Positions 58,183 through 64,000 of a stretch of 64,000 nucleotides of DNA are shown piece after piece. The stretch's first letter is position 1, and the number at the start of each line of letters is the position of its first letter. The position numbers and the translations under genes are program-made. Under the pieces are notes generated by a model. The model saw only the letters and a list, made by a program, of their open reading frames with translations, did not search any database and was not told the origin of the DNA. The stretch is taken from the NCBI GenBank assembly GCA_050013655.1, contig JBEKEV010000001.1, positions 129,838 through 193,837 of the forward strand, in the 5' to 3' direction. The stretch comes from Bacteroidota bacterium (GTDB taxonomy: Bacteria; Bacteroidota; Ignavibacteria; UBA10030).

Positions 58183-58809
58183 ATGGCATATCCTGAAATC
58201 TATAATCAACTCGTTCCCATTGTCGTAGAACAAACCGGTCGTGGTGAGCGATCATTCGACATTTTTTCGCGGTTGCTGAAAGAGCGGATTGTATTCCTCG
58301 GCACACCTATCGACGATACAGTCGCCAGTCTTACCATTGCCCAGTTATTGTTCCTCGAATCGGATGATCCGGATAAGGACATTCACCTCTATATTAATAG
58401 CCCGGGCGGAAGTGTGTCTGCTGGCCTTGCCATTTATGATACGATGCAGTATATTCGTCCAGATGTTTCCACCATCTGTATGGGTATGGCGGCAAGTATG
58501 GCAGCTGTGCTGCTGGCAGGTGGAATGAAAGGAAAGCGTACAGCACTTCCTAATGCGCGGGTGATGATTCACCAGCCATGGGGCGGCGTGCAAGGTACGG
58601 CATCTGATATCAGTATTCAAGCGGAAGAGATTCTCAAAACCAAGAAACGGATTAACGAGATTCTTTCTATGCATACCGGACGTTCAATTGATCAAGTTGA
58701 AAAAGACACGGATCGAGATTATTATCTCGCTGCCGATGAAGCAAAAGAGTACGGATTGATTGATAATATTCTCGTGAAGCGAGTCGGTGAAGTAAAGAAA
58801 GAAAAATAA
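58183..58809 (+). CDS. clpP: ATP-dependent Clp protease proteolytic subunit
   Basis: 208 aa collinear with ClpP ([33 protein letters not shown], the catalytic Ser region [14 protein letters not shown], and MIHQP). Confidence 0.9.
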   Translation: MAYPEIYNQLVPIVVEQTGRGERSFDIFSRLLKERIVFLGTPIDDTVASLTIAQLLFLESDDPDKDIHLYINSPGGSVSAGLAIYDTMQYIRPDVSTICMGMAASMAAVLLAGGMKGKRTALPNARVMIHQPWGGVQGTASDISIQAEEILKTKKRINEILSMHTGRSIDQVEKDTDRDYYLAADEAKEYGLIDNILVKRVGEVKKEK

Positions 58810-58851
58810 TCGTTCACAAATTACCGGTACTTAATAAAAGCCGGAAACGAT

Positions 58852-60111
58852 ATGACACAAAAACCTAGACAAGGCGAAAAAATTGCGTGCTCCTTCTGCG
58901 GGCGCACGCCGGAAGAAGTCAACAGTATCATCGCAGGACCGGATGTATATATTTGCGACCTCTGCGTTGGGAGTTCCGTTGACATCATCAAGAACAATAT
59001 GGCGGCAATTAATGCGCGGCGGTTTGGCTTCCGTCGTTCACTAACACCTGTTGACATTAAGAAGTCCCTTGATGAATTTGTCGTCGGACAAGAGCATGCC
59101 AAACGCACACTTGCAGTAGCGGTGTACAACCATTACAAGCGCATCGATGCAAGCGATCAAATGGCAAATCTCGATGAAGTGGAAATCGAAAAGAGCAACA
59201 TCCTCCTCGTTGGGCCAACGGGAACCGGTAAAACACTGTTGGCACAAACACTTGCACGAATTCTTGATGTACCTTTTGCCATTGCCGACGCAACGACATT
59301 AACAGAAGCCGGCTATGTCGGTGACGATGTTGAAACGATCCTCGTCTATCTGCTACAGAACGCCGATTATAATGTTGAGAAAGCTGAGCGAGGTATCGTT
59401 TATATTGATGAGATTGACAAAATTGCTCGTAAAGGCGACAGTGCTTCTATTACGCGTGATGTTTCCGGCGAAGGTGTACAGCAAGCACTGCTGAAAATCC
59501 TCGAGGGCACCATCGCCGGTGTTCCGCCGAAAGGCGGGCGCAAACATCCCGAGCAAAGTCTCATTAACGTCAATACAAAGAACATCCTCTTCATTTGCGG
59601 TGGTGCATTCGATGGATTGGAGAAAATTATCGAGCGGCGTGTGAGTCAAAATCCAGTTGGGTTTGGAGCTGATCTTAAAGGGAAGAAGAGCAAGTCCCGT
59701 GAAAAAATTTTACAGCAAGTAGAGCCGGATGATTTGCTCAAGTACGGATTGATTCCGGAATTTATAGGCCGGTTACCTGTTACCGCTACACTTGATCCGC
59801 TGGACGAAACTGCGCTCTTGAACATCCTGACACAGCCGCGCAATGCAATCGTAAAGCAATATCAAAAACTCTTCTCCCTGGAAGGTGTGGAATTGGAACT
59901 TGAGGAGAGCGCGCTCAAATCAGTTGTCGATAAAGCGATGGAACGAGGCACGGGCGCTCGCGCCCTCCGTTCTATTATCGAAGCAGTGATGCTTGATGTG
60001 ATGTATCATCTGCCCTCACGAAGCAATGTTTCGAAGTGCATCATCACGAAAGATACCATCCTCAAAGCGAAAGATCCAATTTACCTCTACGAGGAACGAA
60101 AGTCGGCATAA
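58852..60111 (+). CDS. clpX: ATP-dependent Clp protease ATP-binding subunit ClpX
   Basis: 419 aa with an N-terminal C4 zinc finger (CSFCGR...CDLC), Walker A ([18 protein letters not shown]) and Walker B ([10 protein letters not shown]). Confidence 0.9.
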   Translation: MTQKPRQGEKIACSFCGRTPEEVNSIIAGPDVYICDLCVGSSVDIIKNNMAAINARRFGFRRSLTPVDIKKSLDEFVVGQEHAKRTLAVAVYNHYKRIDASDQMANLDEVEIEKSNILLVGPTGTGKTLLAQTLARILDVPFAIADATTLTEAGYVGDDVETILVYLLQNADYNVEKAERGIVYIDEIDKIARKGDSASITRDVSGEGVQQALLKILEGTIAGVPPKGGRKHPEQSLINVNTKNILFICGGAFDGLEKIIERRVSQNPVGFGADLKGKKSKSREKILQQVEPDDLLKYGLIPEFIGRLPVTATLDPLDETALLNILTQPRNAIVKQYQKLFSLEGVELELEESALKSVVDKAMERGTGARALRSIIEAVMLDVMYHLPSRSNVSKCIITKDTILKAKDPIYLYEERKSA

Positions 60112-60136
60112 AGCAGTTTTAACAATTTGCTGTCAG

Positions 60137-60178
60137 ATAGAATATCAACGCCTGTTAGATTCTCTCCGTCGGGCGTTG
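60137..60178 (+). terminator. Rho-independent terminator after clpX
   Basis: A 7-bp stem (CAACGCC / GGCGTTG) around a 19-nt loop, followed by TG and TTTTTTT. Confidence 0.5.
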
Positions 60179-60297
60179 TGTTTTTTTCGGGCAGCATAAT
60201 CCATCGTAGACTCCGTTTTGCATTGGAGAACGACGACAACCATGTTGTTGGAGACGGCAGGAAGTATGCTTGAATCATCGTACCGGAATTCGAAGAA

Positions 60298-61071
60298 CTA
60301 GACGAATTCTGTTCTTGAATTCACATCAGCTTTCATTTCAAACATCTTGAAGCGACCTATCCCCCATTTGTTCAATCTGAATTTCATTGCTGTGTTCAGG
60401 CAACCCAAACCATATTTCATACTCCGAATAAAATTAATGGAAGATGCTTCTGGAAAATATTTTGCCGGACACGTTATCTCACCTACACGGAACCCTGCAT
60501 ACAGGATTTGTGAAAGCATCTGATTATCGAAAACAAAATCATTTGAATTATCATCCAAGGAAATTGTTTCCAGAACTTTCCGCGTAAAAGCCCGGTAACC
60601 CGTGTGATATTCCGACAGCTTTTCACCCATCATAATATTTTGGACAAGTGTTAACAAGCGATTATTGATGTACTTATATATTGGCATCCCTCCCTGAATC
60701 GCCTTTCCTCCAAGGATACGAGAGCCAAGCACAACGTCATATTCTCCCGACAAAAGAAGGAACACCATTGCGGGAATCAGTTTTGGAGTATACTGATAAT
60801 CAGGGTGAAGCATTACGACGATATTCGCACCACCTTCAAGAGCTGCCCGGTAGCAGGACTTTTGATTTCCCCCATAACCAAGATTCTTTGCATGGACGAG
60901 CGTACGGATATTAAGGCTCTTCGCAACTGCTACCGTGTGGTCGATACTGGCATCATCAACAAGGATAACCTCGTCAACAATGTCGAATGGTATTTCGCGA
61001 TAAGTGGTTACTAAAGTCTTTTCTGCATTATATGCCGGAAGAACGACAACGACTTTTTTATTTCGTATCAT
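60298..61071 (-). CDS. Family 2 glycosyltransferase (dolichyl-phosphate/polyprenol-phosphate sugar transferase-like)
   Basis: 257 aa with the GT2 N-terminal fold (VVVVLPAYNAEKTL...VILVDDASID) and a downstream DxD-like region. Confidence 0.75.
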   Translation of the reverse strand: MIRNKKVVVVLPAYNAEKTLVTTYREIPFDIVDEVILVDDASIDHTVAVAKSLNIRTLVHAKNLGYGGNQKSCYRAALEGGANIVVMLHPDYQYTPKLIPAMVFLLLSGEYDVVLGSRILGGKAIQGGMPIYKYINNRLLTLVQNIMMGEKLSEYHTGYRAFTRKVLETISLDDNSNDFVFDNQMLSQILYAGFRVGEITCPAKYFPEASSINFIRSMKYGLGCLNTAMKFRLNKWGIGRFKMFEMKADVNSRTEFV

Positions 61072-61116
61072 TGATATAGAGACCTTTCATTGACTTATCC
61101 ACAAATAATCAATTTA

Positions 61117-63678
61117 TTAATATGCAGCGCCCCTGTCACTGCTTTGTTTGGTGATCTTAATATCCTGCAACTGCGGTGCTTTTACTTTCAGTTCAAATCT
61201 ATATCCTTCAAGAGGTCCCATCGGATACCATGAAAAGTTCATCTGCCAGCAGTGAAGATCCCGCGTAACGTTGACCGAATAAATATTGTGCTGTTTACTA
61301 ACAAAGTCATATTGGCCACTGGTAGAGATCTGCCATTTCTCCGTAAGATTGAAAGAAAGGCTTGCATTCATAGTAGATTGACGAGAATAACTTTGTGGAG
61401 TTGTTGGCTGCGATTGTGAAAAGGTAAAGCTGATACTAACATTCCAAGGAATACTGAAATCTGCATCTTCGCGGTCATAAATTGTGTAATTAATCTTTTT
61501 CTGGCCTAAAGAAGACCCCGTTTGCCCGGAAGATATTTCTTGTTCCCGTATGACACTATCAGGAATACCTGTATTACTCGGCTTCTGTTTCTTCTCACCT
61601 TTGAATGATGAAGATAAACTGAGCGAGAACGATGTCAAATCACCAAACTTGCCTTTGTCTTCCAACAGAAACCGATTTACACGCGCGCCACTGCCATTGA
61701 GTGCTGCCGGATCAAAGTCATAGAGGTTGTAAACCGCACTTCCTGAAATACCAAGATACTGTCCTATATCTGTACGAAAGGTAATATTTACAGGACTAAA
61801 ATTCATAGAGTCTGCTGCAAAATTATAATTTGTACTCGCACCGATATTGATTAACTGGATTTTGTCTTCTGTTTTCGTACTGTCTCCTTTTTGTATTTTC
61901 ATCTCAAAATTGTTCCCTACATTAAATGATCCTGTCATCGAATACTTCTGCATATTATCGCCATAAATTTGTTTGTTGTAGAAGAGACCGAACGATGGTG
62001 TCAAAGTATGACGAATTGCTGTTATACCTAAAATGTCAGGTTGAAACATTCCGAAGAGCTTGGTGCTGACATTCACGCCGGTGTTCACAGTTCCTATAAT
62101 ATTTTTCGTTCGAGAAGTGCTGTCAGTGAGTAGACTATCTGTGATATTGCGAATTGGTGTTGCATTTTGCGCCCATGTCCGCGCATCACTGAAAGAAAGC
62201 GAAGGTGCTATATTGAAATATCCGAGCTTGGGGGGGGAAATCAAGAAAGATAGTCCTTGTGAGAGCGATTGTGTCTTGGTGTTTAGAAAATCATTTATGT
62301 TTGTAAGATTTTGCTCAGATGGTGATAGTTTAGCTGAATCTACTACCGTAGGAACTTTTGACTGGCTATTGCTTGCATTCGCATTATAGTTGAAGCCCAG
62401 CATCTCAATGAAGCTCTGATCCGATCCTGTAGTTGAGGTAAGTCCTCGTGTCTTAGTTGTTTTACTAAAAGGATAAATTGTTCCTTGCGAAAATGTAATA
62501 GATGGTAGTTGTTCGTTTGTTTCACCGGTATTAAGAATTTGTTCACGATGAACATTGATGGTCAATGAACTGTTTGATGACTCCCAGCTTTTCCAATACG
62601 TAGCATCTGAAATGACATTTTGAGTGAGAATATCGTTCAAGTTATTACTAAAGTCCTTGAAGTAATTGCCGCTCATAAATGTAAAATTGACATCCAGATG
62701 CGACGATGGGCTGATTTGTTGACCATGAGTAATGTTTACATAGTATTCCCGTGATTTATTATAATTGGGATCGCTCGGATCTCCTATGGGAGTGCTTGTA
62801 ATCCGAGCTGTGATGCTGCCTCCAAAGTTATAGCGCAGCGCATAGCGAATGTTTGTTTGGTTCTGCCATCGGCCGCGCGAATAGATATCGAACATTGTCG
62901 CTATATCCCAATAATCGCTTATTGCAAGAAAATATCCAATATGGCTCAGGTACCATCCATAGGTGGCATCTTCACCATAAGCAGGGGTGATAATACCTGA
63001 TGAACGTCCGGCATGGGCAGGAAAGACACCGAATGGAAGCGCAAAAATCGGTACACCGGCAACGAAAAAAAGCACTGGCTCTGCTACCACCTGATCGCGC
63101 ACAAATACTTTCATTTTTGGACTTTCGAAATAAAAATGCGGATCCTTGGCATCGCACGTAGTATAAGTGCCATCGGCAATGCAGAGGACATTTTGTTCTA
63201 CTTTCTTGATTTGCGTACCAACATAGTAGCCATTGTCCATCTGCGTGGTGCCAATTGCAATCTTTCCTTTCCGTGTCCGAAAATTGTACTTCACTTGATC
63301 GCCATGATATTCCTCGCTGCCATCACGCATAATCGGTTTACCGATGACGGAATCCGCTTTTACCGTATCGGCTACGCCGTACGCAACAAGCGTCGCATCA
63401 TCCCAATTGACATTCACCCGCTCAGATTTCAAACCGATGGTTTGGTACTGCAATTCACTTTTACCATAGAGATTCATGTACCGCGTGCGGAGGGAATAGA
63501 TAATGGAATCCCTCGCAGTATAATTCACAAGCGTATCGATGCTTGTGTTTGTTGTACGCTTCGTTGTGTCCTTTTGAGAGATCGATGCTTTCATAGTATC
63601 TGCTTTCACCGGTTGCGCAGTTCCGATGCCGATACCGAAAGTAGAAACAAGGAAGCAAGATAGAAGAAACCGTGTCAT
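61117..63678 (-). CDS. Large outer-membrane protein, LptD/OstA-like (putative LPS-assembly protein)
   Basis: 853 aa with a signal peptide (FLLSCFLVSTFGIGIGTAQ). The N-terminal region resembles the OstA/LptA fold (ATLVAYGVADTVKADSVIGKPIMRDGSEEYHGDQVKYNFRTRKGKI). The long beta-rich C-terminal portion is compatible with a large beta-barrel. The assignment is tentative. Confidence 0.45.
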   Translation of the reverse strand: MTRFLLSCFLVSTFGIGIGTAQPVKADTMKASISQKDTTKRTTNTSIDTLVNYTARDSIIYSLRTRYMNLYGKSELQYQTIGLKSERVNVNWDDATLVAYGVADTVKADSVIGKPIMRDGSEEYHGDQVKYNFRTRKGKIAIGTTQMDNGYYVGTQIKKVEQNVLCIADGTYTTCDAKDPHFYFESPKMKVFVRDQVVAEPVLFFVAGVPIFALPFGVFPAHAGRSSGIITPAYGEDATYGWYLSHIGYFLAISDYWDIATMFDIYSRGRWQNQTNIRYALRYNFGGSITARITSTPIGDPSDPNYNKSREYYVNITHGQQISPSSHLDVNFTFMSGNYFKDFSNNLNDILTQNVISDATYWKSWESSNSSLTINVHREQILNTGETNEQLPSITFSQGTIYPFSKTTKTRGLTSTTGSDQSFIEMLGFNYNANASNSQSKVPTVVDSAKLSPSEQNLTNINDFLNTKTQSLSQGLSFLISPPKLGYFNIAPSLSFSDARTWAQNATPIRNITDSLLTDSTSRTKNIIGTVNTGVNVSTKLFGMFQPDILGITAIRHTLTPSFGLFYNKQIYGDNMQKYSMTGSFNVGNNFEMKIQKGDSTKTEDKIQLINIGASTNYNFAADSMNFSPVNITFRTDIGQYLGISGSAVYNLYDFDPAALNGSGARVNRFLLEDKGKFGDLTSFSLSLSSSFKGEKKQKPSNTGIPDSVIREQEISSGQTGSSLGQKKINYTIYDREDADFSIPWNVSISFTFSQSQPTTPQSYSRQSTMNASLSFNLTEKWQISTSGQYDFVSKQHNIYSVNVTRDLHCWQMNFSWYPMGPLEGYRFELKVKAPQLQDIKITKQSSDRGAAY

Positions 63679-63745
63679 CGTGAACCCAAGATAAATAAAT
63701 ATCGAGAGAAGTGCATTGGACGATGAACAATTGAGAATAGGTTAG

Positions 63746-64000
63746 TCACCACATCCCTAATTGAACAGACATAAGTACGCCGAAGAGATACTTTTCGAAA
63801 TTCAGGGTTGCATAGGTATAGAGACCAATTCCTGCAAACTGTGTCGGACGCCAGAACCATTGCGCTTCCAGCGGCAAACTCACACTCGTATGAGTAACTA
63901 TTGACGCAGGTGTTTCATACGCAGCACGTACCAATCCAATACCGGCACCGATGGAAACATATGCTTGTTCCGACTGCCATAGAGGACCATACAAAACACC
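63746..64000 (-). CDS. C-terminal part of a putative outer-membrane beta-barrel protein; the N-terminus probably lies beyond the window end
   Basis: The ORF ends ...YATLNFEKYLFGVLMSVQLGMW* with alternating hydrophobic residues and a terminal aromatic typical of OMP barrels. It is truncated by the window edge. Confidence 0.3.
   Translation of the reverse strand, partial: GVLYGPLWQSEQAYVSIGAGIGLVRAAYETPASIVTHTSVSLPLEAQWFWRPTQFAGIGLYTYATLNFEKYLFGVLMSVQLGMW

Noticed and set aside
1-64000. Search for CRISPR arrays, transposases, integrases, phage genes or toxin-antitoxin pairs
   Set aside because: No regularly spaced direct repeats were found. No DDE or serine/tyrosine recombinase-like ORFs were found. 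No small two-gene toxin-antitoxin-like pairs were found. The tRNA-Leu is followed directly by the conserved tig-clpP-clpX block rather than an integrated element.

Overview
The window is a gene-dense bacterial chromosome segment with features of an FCB-group (Bacteroidota/Ignavibacteriota-like) organism: Shine-Dalgarno sites are used, two proteins carry T9SS C-terminal sorting domains, and two Y_Y_Y/regulator-propeller proteins are present. About 45 CDS, one tRNA-Leu(UAG) and several clear rho-independent terminators are described below.

Housekeeping blocks:
- tRNA-Leu followed by tig, clpP and clpX.
- rarA, an ftsB-like gene and ddl.
- gltA, ettA and lysA.
- An AddA/AddB-like helicase-nuclease pair.

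Accessory content:
- An ECF sigma, zinc-finger anti-sigma and secreted TonB-C protein operon.
- A DUF4159 plus giant Gln-rich membrane protein pair.
- An AmmeMemoRadiSam system whose two proteins both carry secretion signals, followed by a fused MFS/spermidine-synthase-like protein.
- Two tandem regulator-propeller paralogs that end in an unusual Cys/His domain instead of a kinase or AraC output. One of them is split by a frameshift in a T8 tract.
- A GH28 pectinase with a T9SS sorting domain that is also frameshifted.
- An HpnC/HpnD-like pair next to a MerR regulator.
- Two APC amino-acid permeases flanking a Gfo/Idh/MocA oxidoreductase.

The most system-like novelty candidate is an extracytoplasmic module of a signal-peptide WD40-caspase protein, a DUF4384 protein and a CHASE2 adenylate cyclase. 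A second oddity is a complete tRNA-Leu that sits inside the anticodon loop of a second, degenerate tRNA-like gene.

No CRISPR array, transposase or integrase was seen.
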